From the IMG/VR virus record IMGVR_UViG_3300032087_006189: 64,000 nucleotides of DNA, one strand, 5' to 3'. This stretch comes from a virus. The position numbers were made by a program, and so were the translations under genes. This document shows positions 44,917-53,658 of the stretch, in pieces (position 1 is the stretch's first letter; each line of letters starts with the position of its first letter). Below the pieces are notes generated by a model, which did no database searches, was not told the origin of the DNA, and saw nothing but the letters and a program-made list of their open reading frames with translations.

Positions 44917-46022
44917 GTGCAAACCGCGGGCGTCGCGGTGGAAATGGTGGTGGCCGTCGCCGCCGTAATGGCTGGTCCTGCAAGTGGTCGGACGAGCTGA
45001 AAGTAAAGAAAGACGAGAGCGCTTGGATCCAGTTGACCAAGGCTACCTACCGGGCACATGGCGAAGATGGGGAAGTTCCCTTCTTCTCCGCCCCGATGTT
45101 CAAGCTCCAGTACGCGAACAGATGGGGAGGCACCTCCTACGGCTACTTCCGTGGGAATGGTGGCGATGACTGCACGCTGCAGCAGCTTGCGGACAGTCAA
45201 GATCCGAATGTCCAGGAGCCGAAGTACGGAGAGCCGAACCGGTTCTTTGTCAATGTGGTCCACTACGCTCTCTACCACCGAGAGCCGGTGGTCAAGAACG
45301 GGGAAACCCTGACCTACTCGCAGGGCAAGCTCAAGGGCCAGCCCGTGTACCGCTGGGAAGAGGTCAAGTCCATTCGGGACCGGAAGCAGTTGCTGAAGGA
45401 TCCGGATAGCGAGAACCTCGGGTTCTACCGCAAGAAGTTCCTCGAGCTTCCTGCTACCCAGTTCCGTGTTGTGCAGGAGATCAACCGCAAGGCTCGATCC
45501 ATGTGCAAGTGCGGCGGTGCCCTGTTCCCGTCCGTCTTCATCTGCGGAAACTGCGAAGAGGTTCTCCTCGATGTAGATGATGCAGACATGACAGATTCGG
45601 AGATTGCCAACTATGGCGATCAGGACATCCGCTGCCGTCACTGCGGCGAGGTGGATTTCCCGCAGGCGGAGTACGACTGCGACTCCTGCGACAATCCCCG
45701 TCCGCACGAGTACTACGAGGTCGCTGCCAAGATCAAGAAGGTCATTGGTAGCACTGGGTACCCCACCCTTGCGCTCGATACCGTTGTCCCGCTTACAGAG
45801 ATGACTTTCGAGAACAAGGAACCGGTGGTTGAGCCGGATCCAGATGACCCCGAAAAGATGGTCTACACCGAGGAACCCCTCGAGAAGATCGCAGAAGCCC
45901 AGTTCGACTTCGATGAGTACACCACCCCGAAGACGAACGCAGAATACTCGGACATGCTCGGACTCCGAGAGGGCGACATTGGCTATGCGTCGAGCGCGAA
46001 GCGGTACAACAAGTTCCGCTGA
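44895..46022 (+). CDS. Putative ssDNA-binding protein with Zn ribbons
   Basis: Between primase and polymerase; strong codon bias; CKCG, CGNC, CRHC, CDSC. Function inferred. Confidence 0.45.
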   Translation: MARKIPLSANRGRRGGNGGGRRRRNGWSCKWSDELKVKKDESAWIQLTKATYRAHGEDGEVPFFSAPMFKLQYANRWGGTSYGYFRGNGGDDCTLQQLADSQDPNVQEPKYGEPNRFFVNVVHYALYHREPVVKNGETLTYSQGKLKGQPVYRWEEVKSIRDRKQLLKDPDSENLGFYRKKFLELPATQFRVVQEINRKARSMCKCGGALFPSVFICGNCEEVLLDVDDADMTDSEIANYGDQDIRCRHCGEVDFPQAEYDCDSCDNPRPHEYYEVAAKIKKVIGSTGYPTLALDTVVPLTEMTFENKEPVVEPDPDDPEKMVYTEEPLEKIAEAQFDFDEYTTPKTNAEYSDMLGLREGDIGYASSAKRYNKFR

Positions 46023-46030
46023 ATGAACTG

Positions 46031-46056
46031 AGGGGCGGCCCTTCGGGGCTGCCCCT
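46031..46056 (+). terminator. GC-rich UUCG hairpin without U-tract
   Basis: AGGGGCGGCCC-TTCG-GGGCTGCCCCT. Confidence 0.6.
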
Positions 46057-46073
46057 CCTATGCGGAGATTGTT

Positions 46074-48479
46074 ATGAGGTTCAAGAATGTCATTACGCCT
46101 GAACCGCTGTACATAGACACGGCGAAGGAGGCGCAGAAGCTGGCGCAGACCATGATGGGTCTGGATCGCGTAGGCTTCGACACAGAGACCACTGGCCTGA
46201 ACAAGGTCGGGGCTCGCATCAAGTTCTTCTCCTTCGGGTGGGAAGGAACACGATTTTGCGCACCTGTGCGACTTCTTGCGGAGTTTGCCGAGGTGCTTGA
46301 AAACCCCGAGATTGCGAAGTGCATGACCAATGCCAAGTTCGACATGCACATGGCATACAACCACGGGATTCTGATCCAGGGCCACATCTATGACACTGTT
46401 GCGATGGACTGGCTGCTGGATGAAAACAGGCAAGGCCGACACGGCCTGAAGTTCTGCGCTGCGGACTATCTCGGGCTTCGTATGGCGCCTTTCAAGCAGG
46501 TCTTTGGGTCTGTGGGCAAGATCGACAAAGAGGTAGAAACGCTGTGCCACATGCACGATGCGCTTGAGGCGGAAGATCGTGGCGCAGCCCTTGAGCTCTT
46601 AGCCCTTGTTGGGCAGCTTGAGATGGACGAAGAGGTCTTGGATGACCTGAAGAAAGTGTCTCAGAAGCTCAGCGTTGGACGCGAAACTCCATCAAAGCTG
46701 TGGGGTGCTAGCCAAGTCCTGAAGATCGCGCGTAAGTACGGCCTTTGTCCGACTACGCGCGGCAAGGGCGGCTACATCTCTGACTTCTCCGAGCTTGTTG
46801 GCATGGGCCCAGTGGCGAAGGAAGACAGAGAAGAGGAGCGTTATCTCATCTCAGACACCTATGCGCTGATTGAGGCACACGAGTACATTATTCAGGAGCT
46901 GTCAACGAAGTCTTCGGACGACTTGGAGCCGCTGGAGCTGATTCAGCTTCTTGTAGGAGACTACGCCTCTCTTGATGCGTGGGCTTCGTTCAAGCTGACT
47001 GCGGTACTTGAAGAGCTGCTCCGAGACGAGGAGATGCAGCCTGGAATCAGTCTGATGGACTACTACGAAAGCAAGACCGCAGACATGATGAAGATCCTTT
47101 GGATGATGGAGCGCAGAGGATTCCAGCTTGATGTGGATGCGATTGGAGAGCTGAACGCTCCCATGGAAAAGGACATTGAGCGGCTGGAGCGCGAGTTCGT
47201 CGCACTTGCCGGCTGGAATGCAAATCCCAACAGCCCGAAGCAGATGGTCGAACTTTTCTTTGAAGAAAAGAACGGCAAATGGGTCGATCCATTTGGGAAT
47301 CAGCCCAGAAAGATGAGCAAAGGCGGAACTACTGGGGTCAAGCGTCCAAGTATTTCCAAAGATGTGATTGAGGACTGGGCTGAGCGCGGGAATGATCTTG
47401 CGATCTGTCTTCGAGATCACCGCGTCCTGAAGAAGCTGCACAGCACCTACATCGACGCCCTGCCAAAGAAAGTAGATGGCAGGCATCGAATCCACACAGA
47501 TCTCAAGATTGCGGGCACGGTCACTGGCCGTCTCTCCTCTGGAGATCCCAACCTCCAGAACATCCCTTCTCGCGGGGATTGGGGGCGTAAGATTCGAGAG
47601 TTCTTTGTCGCAGGTCAGTGGGGATCGGCAGATGATTTCTGCCTGCCTAGTGTGGCGCACATTTCCCCGCCAAAGCTCAAACGCTCACAGCAAATGAGCT
47701 TGATTGTTGCGGACTACGAGCAGCTTGAGATGCGGATCATGGCCCACATGAGTGGAGACAAGACCATGATCGACACCATTCGTAGTGGGAAAGACCTTCA
47801 CTCTATGACTGGTGCGCTGGCTGTGGGTGCTGACTACGATCTCATCGTCGCGGCAAAGAAGGCGGACGATCCTACGAAGGAGCAGAAGGCGCTGATCGAG
47901 CTGCGCGCAGCGATGAAGGCAGTTGGTTTCGGCCTGCTGTACGGCATTGGGGCAAAGAAGCTCGGCATGCAGCTCGGACTGCCGATGGTCAAGAAGCTGA
48001 GCCGGAGCGGTCGCTACTACGAGACCTGCCCAGAAGCAGAGGAGTTGATCGAGAAGTACTTCAACATCTATCCAGAGGTCTACAACTTCATTGAGGACAC
48101 GCACTTCCAGTGCGAGGACGATCTGTTCGTTCAGACCATCTTGGGCAGATACCGGAGACTTCCAGACATCCTCTCGAAAGAGAAGGGTCTTTCGCTCCAG
48201 GCACAGCGTCAGTCGGTGAACTCTCGGATTCAGGGTTCGGCGGCAGACATCGTGACAGAAGCGATGATCAACTGTGAGACCAGCCCTCTGCTGCGCAAGC
48301 TTGGCGTGCGGATGCTGATGCAGATCCACGACGAGCTGGTGTTTGAGGTGCCGAAGATTCCGGAGATCGAAGAACAGGCAAAGGAAGAGATTCGCCGGTG
48401 CATGGAGAACCCCTTCGACATGGAGGTGCCCATTCTCATCAGCATGGACTGTGCTCACTCATGGGGTGAAGCAAAGTGA
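46074..48479 (+). CDS. polA: DNA polymerase family A (3'-5' exonuclease plus polymerase)
   Basis: FDTETTG, NAKFD, YASLDA; TGRLSS..PNLQNIP, DYEQLEMR, KAVGFGLLYG, QGSAAD, QIHDEL. Confidence 0.95.
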   Translation: MRFKNVITPEPLYIDTAKEAQKLAQTMMGLDRVGFDTETTGLNKVGARIKFFSFGWEGTRFCAPVRLLAEFAEVLENPEIAKCMTNAKFDMHMAYNHGILIQGHIYDTVAMDWLLDENRQGRHGLKFCAADYLGLRMAPFKQVFGSVGKIDKEVETLCHMHDALEAEDRGAALELLALVGQLEMDEEVLDDLKKVSQKLSVGRETPSKLWGASQVLKIARKYGLCPTTRGKGGYISDFSELVGMGPVAKEDREEERYLISDTYALIEAHEYIIQELSTKSSDDLEPLELIQLLVGDYASLDAWASFKLTAVLEELLRDEEMQPGISLMDYYESKTADMMKILWMMERRGFQLDVDAIGELNAPMEKDIERLEREFVALAGWNANPNSPKQMVELFFEEKNGKWVDPFGNQPRKMSKGGTTGVKRPSISKDVIEDWAERGNDLAICLRDHRVLKKLHSTYIDALPKKVDGRHRIHTDLKIAGTVTGRLSSGDPNLQNIPSRGDWGRKIREFFVAGQWGSADDFCLPSVAHISPPKLKRSQQMSLIVADYEQLEMRIMAHMSGDKTMIDTIRSGKDLHSMTGALAVGADYDLIVAAKKADDPTKEQKALIELRAAMKAVGFGLLYGIGAKKLGMQLGLPMVKKLSRSGRYYETCPEAEELIEKYFNIYPEVYNFIEDTHFQCEDDLFVQTILGRYRRLPDILSKEKGLSLQAQRQSVNSRIQGSAADIVTEAMINCETSPLLRKLGVRMLMQIHDELVFEVPKIPEIEEQAKEEIRRCMENPFDMEVPILISMDCAHSWGEAK

Positions 48480-48778
48480 ATCAAGCAGAGATGGAGAAGG
48501 AAGTCGCGAGGCGCACTGGGCTGCCATTACCCGCAGTACGCCTCGTGATTTCCTCATTAAAAGAGGTGATGTCGGAGAGTCTTCGGAGACAGCAAGATGT
48601 TGTCTTCCGGGGCCTGTTCCGCATCACCTGCGTTTCGCGGGACATGACGACCTTCCGCACAGCGCAAGGATCAGACGAGCCAGAGAGGTATACGAGTAGT
48701 AAGTTGATCATGGGCATCCGCCCTGTTCGTGCCTTTCGAAAGGAGCTCAACAAATGGACAAGTACGCAGTCGTCGTAG
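48476..48778 (+). CDS. HU/IHF-like DNA-binding protein
   Basis: MNQAEM..EVARRTGL....V.F.GLF pattern; 100 aa. Confidence 0.7.
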   Translation: MNQAEMEKEVARRTGLPLPAVRLVISSLKEVMSESLRRQQDVVFRGLFRITCVSRDMTTFRTAQGSDEPERYTSSKLIMGIRPVRAFRKELNKWTSTQSS

Positions 48779-48936
48779 ATGAGTCTCACGCCAAGACCGC
48801 AGCAGCGAAGGGTTCCTGCCCTTCATGCGGGTCGGGGCGTGTCAACACAACGGGGCTTACGCCCCACTGCCCCAACTGTGGCACACAGCCTTGGGAGAAA
48901 AATGCCAAGAGGAAAGAAGCCCGCAGCCGCTGGTAA
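48754..48936 (+). CDS. Small double Zn-ribbon protein
   Basis: CPSCG..CPNCG; AAGGAG RBS. Confidence 0.55.
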   Translation: MDKYAVVVDESHAKTAAAKGSCPSCGSGRVNTTGLTPHCPNCGTQPWEKNAKRKEARSRW

Positions 48937-50053
48937 AGGCGCTGCTGGAGTCATCAACAAGCTGAAGAGCAAGTACCCTGGCCGGGTGTTTACGGCCGGG
49001 GAGTACACGATGCCCTGGATGATCAAGAGACTTCCGACTGGGATTCTCGATCTGGACATCGCACTGGGAGGAGGTCTGCCCGCTGGAGGCATGACCTTCC
49101 TGACGGGAAAGCAGGGCGTGGGCAAGAACTGGCTTGCCAATCAGGTGATTCGCAATCATCAGGAGCGCCACGGAGATGCAACGAATGTCGCAGTAGTCTC
49201 TACTGAGATGGTCTACGACAAGGAGTTCGCACAGCTTTGCGGCGTGCGGATTGCAATGTCGGACTCAGAGATTGAGGCCCTGCGGCAGATCTACGAAGAT
49301 GAGGGCGAAGAGTTCACCGATGAGTACGAAGCTCAGCTTCGATCTCAGATTGGGGAGTTCGTTACTGTCCCTCCCTCGATCGCAGAAGAGTCCCTTCAGA
49401 TCGCAATCGACTTGATCGCCAGCCGAGAGTTCGATCTGGTCTTGATTGACTCCTTCGGCTCTCTGCTGACGGAGCACGATGACGAGTCCGAGCTTGGGGA
49501 TTCCGCACGAGTGGGTGGAGCAGCGATGCTCAATACTCGGTTTGCGCGAAAGCTGAACACTGCGCTCGGACCAGACAAGGACGGCAACCCCAACCTGACC
49601 TGTGTGATCGGCATCAACCAGGTGCGTGACAACACGGACAGAGCCAACAAGTACAGTCCAAAGACGATTGAGGCGGGTGGCTGGGCTCTGAAGCACGCCC
49701 GATGGGTGACGATTCAGATGTCTCCGCAGGCAAAGGTCAAGAACGGCAAGATCCCTATCGGAAAGACTGTACGGTGGGAGATCACCAAGCAGAAAGCCGG
49801 CGGGCATGAAGGAGCCTCTGGCACCTATGACTTCCTGTTCAGCCATACTGGGATTGACCACCCAGCTCACACGGTCTCTGTCGCCGCGGATTACGATGTG
49901 CTCACCCGTAAGGGAGCCTGGTACTTCTACGGTGACGATCAGATTGGGCAGGGCGCATCAAACGCTGCCGAGTTTGTGATTGAGAACGGCCTGCTCGAGA
50001 AGATCGAAGCAGACACGCTCCGTGCAGCGGGTGTTCGCTGCCGGTACGGGTGA
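48902..50053 (+). CDS. recA: RecA/UvsX-like recombinase
   Basis: PTG..LDIALGGGLP.G, GKQGVGKN, IDS, INQVR, GGWALKH, KGAWY. Confidence 0.9.
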   Translation: MPRGKKPAAAGKGAAGVINKLKSKYPGRVFTAGEYTMPWMIKRLPTGILDLDIALGGGLPAGGMTFLTGKQGVGKNWLANQVIRNHQERHGDATNVAVVSTEMVYDKEFAQLCGVRIAMSDSEIEALRQIYEDEGEEFTDEYEAQLRSQIGEFVTVPPSIAEESLQIAIDLIASREFDLVLIDSFGSLLTEHDDESELGDSARVGGAAMLNTRFARKLNTALGPDKDGNPNLTCVIGINQVRDNTDRANKYSPKTIEAGGWALKHARWVTIQMSPQAKVKNGKIPIGKTVRWEITKQKAGGHEGASGTYDFLFSHTGIDHPAHTVSVAADYDVLTRKGAWYFYGDDQIGQGASNAAEFVIENGLLEKIEADTLRAAGVRCRYG

Positions 50054-50526
50054 GCAAGAGACCAACCTGCCCGGTCTGTAAGGGTATCAATCTCTCGTCA
50101 TGGTCAATGGGGAAGGTCCGCTGCAAAACCTGCGGCAGGGCCTTCCCCAAGCATGAGATCATGTCCGAAGAGTATGTGCCGAAGAAGCCGAGAAAGGGCA
50201 GGAGTACGCGCAAGCAGGCAGACAAGCAAGAGCGGCGCGTCGCGAAACAAGTGGGCGGTAGGCAGACCATCGCCTCTGGGCAGACTCCGGTGGATAAAGC
50301 AGACGTGCGGTCAGATACTGTCCGCGTCGAATGTAAATACACCGATAAGAAGTCATACTCTCTAAAGGCAGCGGACTTAGCGAAAGTGGCATCACAGGCC
50401 ACCGGGGACCAAATGCCGCTGTTCTATGTCGAGTTCAGGGAAGAAGGAGAGGCATACTACGTGGTCCCCGAACACTGGTTCTTACAGCTATTGGAGCTCT
50501 ACGAGAATGATCAGAACGATTGCTGA
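50050..50526 (+). CDS. PD-(D/E)XK Holliday junction resolvase-like nuclease
   Basis: QERRVA...ASG...KADV...VECK; N-terminal Zn ribbon. Confidence 0.7.
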   Translation: MSKRPTCPVCKGINLSSWSMGKVRCKTCGRAFPKHEIMSEEYVPKKPRKGRSTRKQADKQERRVAKQVGGRQTIASGQTPVDKADVRSDTVRVECKYTDKKSYSLKAADLAKVASQATGDQMPLFYVEFREEGEAYYVVPEHWFLQLLELYENDQNDC

Positions 50527-51316
50527 CCTCGAGGGTCTGACCCCCGAGGAGATTGAAGAAGCGAGAAGTCGAGTAAACCTTCGCGGCCTGTACTACCTGG
50601 GCGTGAAGAGAAATGGGCAGCAAGAGGGACTGACCCTTGATGAATACGAGCAGTGGCGGGAGCAGGAGCCCGACCTCAAGTGTGCCCCTTGCCGCGGTAC
50701 AGGTCTGACCAAGACCTACCACCGTAGCGTCGGCACCATTCACGCAAGTTCTGCCCATACCTGCGTGCGTCGCCTGTACTACGATGTAGACGGGTCATAC
50801 CGTCCGAAGCAGTACATCAAGCCAGAGCTGCAGATCACATTCGCGATGGGTCACGCCATTCACGATGTGGTCCAGAAGGCGCTGCATACGGCGCTGCCCG
50901 GCAAGTTCCAAGATGAGGTCAAGGTAGACCTTGATGAGGCCATGGTGCTGGGCAGCAGCACAGACGGCGTTGTTGAGCTTGATCATGCGCGGGTGCTTTT
51001 GGAAATCAAGAGCATTGGCAGCGAGTTCGACAAACTCACCAAGCCCAAGCGCGAGCACCTTACACAGGCGGCAGGCATCTACGCAACCGCAATGGATACG
51101 CCGTTCATCAGCTTCTTGTATGTGAGCAAGAAGTGGCCGCACGATGTGAAGGAGTTCGTCGTTACCTACGATGAGAAGTACTACCGTCGCTGGTGGAAGA
51201 GCAAGGGCTCCGTCGTAGAGGAAGCGCTGGACAAGGGAGAACCGCCGATTGCGGACGGGACGAAGGATGACTGCGGGTTCTGTCCGTATGCGTACTTCTG
51301 CCCGCAAAAGCAGTAG
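50507..51316 (+). CDS. Cas4-like/RecB-family exonuclease
   Basis: ASS..C.RRLYY, G..IH, DG, EIKS, Q...Y, C..CPY...C. Confidence 0.8.
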   Translation: MIRTIADLEGLTPEEIEEARSRVNLRGLYYLGVKRNGQQEGLTLDEYEQWREQEPDLKCAPCRGTGLTKTYHRSVGTIHASSAHTCVRRLYYDVDGSYRPKQYIKPELQITFAMGHAIHDVVQKALHTALPGKFQDEVKVDLDEAMVLGSSTDGVVELDHARVLLEIKSIGSEFDKLTKPKREHLTQAAGIYATAMDTPFISFLYVSKKWPHDVKEFVVTYDEKYYRRWWKSKGSVVEEALDKGEPPIADGTKDDCGFCPYAYFCPQKQ

Positions 51317-51324
51317 GAGGGGAC

Positions 51325-51873
51325 ATGGCAAGAGGGAAGAAGACTGACTTCACTGTCAGCCTGCAAGAGGGCGAAGACATGTACTCTGGTGCCGCAGAGC
51401 GGGCACTGGAGCGTGTCGCAGACTTGGGGCTTGATGTCCCAGCGCGCCCGATCGACAACAACGGCAATCTTTTCGATGGCCGAATCCCGCCGAATGTGTC
51501 GGACTTCACAACTCGAGAGCTGGCTGACCTGTACACGATGATGTGCGGGTATGCCGACTATCTCGAGAACCTCTGCACGGTAGCGCGCGCAGATGTGCTG
51601 AACTCCGACAAGAAGCTGAAGATGACGAAGGCTCTTGTTCGCAAGAGCAAGACTGGTACTGCACAGGACAAGGAAGACCTCTGCATCTCCGATGTTCGCT
51701 ACATCGAGGCAGACATTTCCTATGTCGAGGCGAAGACCTACCTCGAACTACTCGAGGGCTTGAACAAAGCTGCTTCTCGGGACCGGTCAGTGCTGTCGCG
51801 CCTGATCGAGACCAAGAAGATGGAGCTGGACAACAAGCGCCGAGATCGAAATGCCCGAAACTACCGCTCTTAG
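51325..51873 (+). CDS. Helical hypothetical protein (recombination-mediator candidate)
   Basis: GGAGG RBS; coiled coil within the recombination cluster. Confidence 0.6.
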   Translation: MARGKKTDFTVSLQEGEDMYSGAAERALERVADLGLDVPARPIDNNGNLFDGRIPPNVSDFTTRELADLYTMMCGYADYLENLCTVARADVLNSDKKLKMTKALVRKSKTGTAQDKEDLCISDVRYIEADISYVEAKTYLELLEGLNKAASRDRSVLSRLIETKKMELDNKRRDRNARNYRS

Positions 51874-52324
51874 TCTTTGGGTGCCGTTCCTTCCTCCGTC
51901 GGAGAACCGCATTCGAGTTCACCGGCGGCAGGGAGGGCAGGTCTACAGCAAGGAAGCCAGAGACTTCAAAACGCAGTTCTCGGACTATATGCGAGAGAAC
52001 TACTTCATTCAGATCAACCAGTTTGTTGCGGAGCATACCGAGCAGTCCATCTACTCGGTAACGATGGTCTTCACTATGGAGACGCTCATCAACAAAGGGT
52101 GGGCTAAAAAGAAGGCGAAAACGCTCTATAAGAAAGTAGACGTCGGCAACCGGCGTAAGCTCATAGAAGACTGTCTTTCTACTGCCTTTGGCGAGATCGA
52201 CGATTCACTCTTCTTTGAGCTTCATCTAAGGAAGGAGATGGGTCCTGAACAAGGTGTTGAGATCCTTGTTGAGAGGGTCGCTCCAGAGCTGTTTGGAGTC
52301 CCCCATGTCACACGAGCTGAATAA
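51851..52324 (+). CDS. rusA: RusA-like Holliday junction resolvase
   Basis: PPSEN, DVGNRRKLIED, IDDS. Confidence 0.75.
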   Translation: MPETTALSLWVPFLPPSENRIRVHRRQGGQVYSKEARDFKTQFSDYMRENYFIQINQFVAEHTEQSIYSVTMVFTMETLINKGWAKKKAKTLYKKVDVGNRRKLIEDCLSTAFGEIDDSLFFELHLRKEMGPEQGVEILVERVAPELFGVPHVTRAE

Positions 52325-52598
52325 GACAGAGCTGATCGAACTCCTTCGGGAGGAAGACCACGGCAATGTCAGTAGAGCAAACAAGCGAGACTCGCTTGAG
52401 GCGGCATTGGATAGCGATGTCGACCTGGAGGAGTGCCCGCTTGAAGAAAGACGCGCTTCGATGCAGCGACACATCAAGCGCAACTGGAGAAGGATTCGGA
52501 CTCAGCTGCCCCGGTGCAACGGCAAATGCGAGACCTTCGGGTGTCCAGATGCCATCGTCATCGGCTGCTGGTTCCGATTCAAGGACGAAATCCTATGA
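52305..52598 (+). CDS. Small Cys-containing hypothetical protein
   Basis: Start MSHELNKTEL with GGAG RBS. Confidence 0.6.
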   Translation: MSHELNKTELIELLREEDHGNVSRANKRDSLEAALDSDVDLEECPLEERRASMQRHIKRNWRRIRTQLPRCNGKCETFGCPDAIVIGCWFRFKDEIL

Positions 52599-53491
52599 CT
52601 TGGGAGCCCTGCGTCACCTGCGCGAGGCTCCGCAAGTGCAATGAGGTGGATCACAACCTCCTCCTTGAGGGAGGGGGTTGTTCCCTTCACGAGGTCGTTC
52701 ACGAAGGCGTTGTGTGCGCCCGCCTTCGAATCATGGACGAGTTTGGCGCTCAGGCAATACCCACAAAAAGTAACCTAAAGAAAGGGGTTATCGTTATGGC
52801 TGGAAAAGTTTCCAAGACCGCAGCAAACAAGCGCACTCTCCGCGCACTCGGCAAGGCGCTCGGGGTCATCCCCCGTGGCGGCGCAAGCTTCAAGCTCTCT
52901 GCCGAAGAGATCTGCCAGATGATCATGGATACCGGCGACGAGCGGTTCGCCAACCTCGATCAGATGAGCGACGACGAAGTATCCTCGATCGATGTTGACT
53001 CTACATCCGCCCCTGCTCCGAAGAAGGAAGAGCCCGCTGAGGAGTCTGCTGAGGAAACGGCAGGGGAAGAAGCTGCAGAGGAAGTCGAGGAAGAGAAGCC
53101 CGCGCCCAAGAAGCGCACCCGCCGTGCGCGCAAGCCGAAGGTAGAGGAGCCCGTAGAAGAGGAGTCGGATGATTCCGACGAGGACACCTCTGACGAGGAC
53201 AGCGCACCGTCGAAGCGCAAGCCCGCTGCACGCCGTGGTCGCCGTCCCAGCCGCAAGGCACCGGCCAAGTCTGAGTCGGCAGGGTCTGTCGATCTCAGCA
53301 AGCTGGAAGAGATGGTCAAGGTCATTGGCGAGGCAGGCGACGATCGCGACAAGAAGATCAAGGCCCTCGGCAAGATGCTTGAGGCTCTGGTCGAGAAGAT
53401 CGACGCGATCGACGGCTTCCTGACCTATGAGTACAACCAGGACGCCGAGGGAAACGAGATCGGCAGCCTCACGGAAGTGGACTGGACCTGA
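52595..53491 (+). CDS. Acidic/basic low-complexity protein with two in-frame starts (52595, 52796)
   Basis: ATGA overlap at 52595; strong AAAGGGG RBS before 52796; histone-like KKRTRRARKPK tracts. Confidence 0.65.
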   Translation: MTWEPCVTCARLRKCNEVDHNLLLEGGGCSLHEVVHEGVVCARLRIMDEFGAQAIPTKSNLKKGVIVMAGKVSKTAANKRTLRALGKALGVIPRGGASFKLSAEEICQMIMDTGDERFANLDQMSDDEVSSIDVDSTSAPAPKKEEPAEESAEETAGEEAAEEVEEEKPAPKKRTRRARKPKVEEPVEEESDDSDEDTSDEDSAPSKRKPAARRGRRPSRKAPAKSESAGSVDLSKLEEMVKVIGEAGDDRDKKIKALGKMLEALVEKIDAIDGFLTYEYNQDAEGNEIGSLTEVDWT

Positions 53492-53623
53492 TCGAGCGCA
53501 GCGAAGCTGAGCTCCTGCAGATGGGAGAGCAGGCACTTGCCTCCCTATTGCAGGAGGCCGGCTACTTGCTCGGAGAAGGGGAAGAGGCGCTCAATATGAT
53601 TCGCCGTCTTTCCGTGTAGCTGC

Positions 53624-53654
53624 GAGGCCCCTGCAAATGCAGGGGCCTCTTTTT
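53624..53654 (+). terminator. Intrinsic terminator ending the replication operon
   Basis: GAGGCCCCTGC-AAAT-GCAGGGGCCTC followed by TTTTT. Confidence 0.85.
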
Positions 53655-53658
53655 AGCC

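Noticed and set aside
44817-46556. 579-aa minus-strand ORF opposite the SSB candidate and polA
   Set aside because: Antisense shadow with no recognisable features.
50507-51316. Cas4-like gene as evidence for a CRISPR system
   Set aside because: No repeat-spacer array or other cas genes seen; solo Cas4-like nucleases are common in phage recombination modules.
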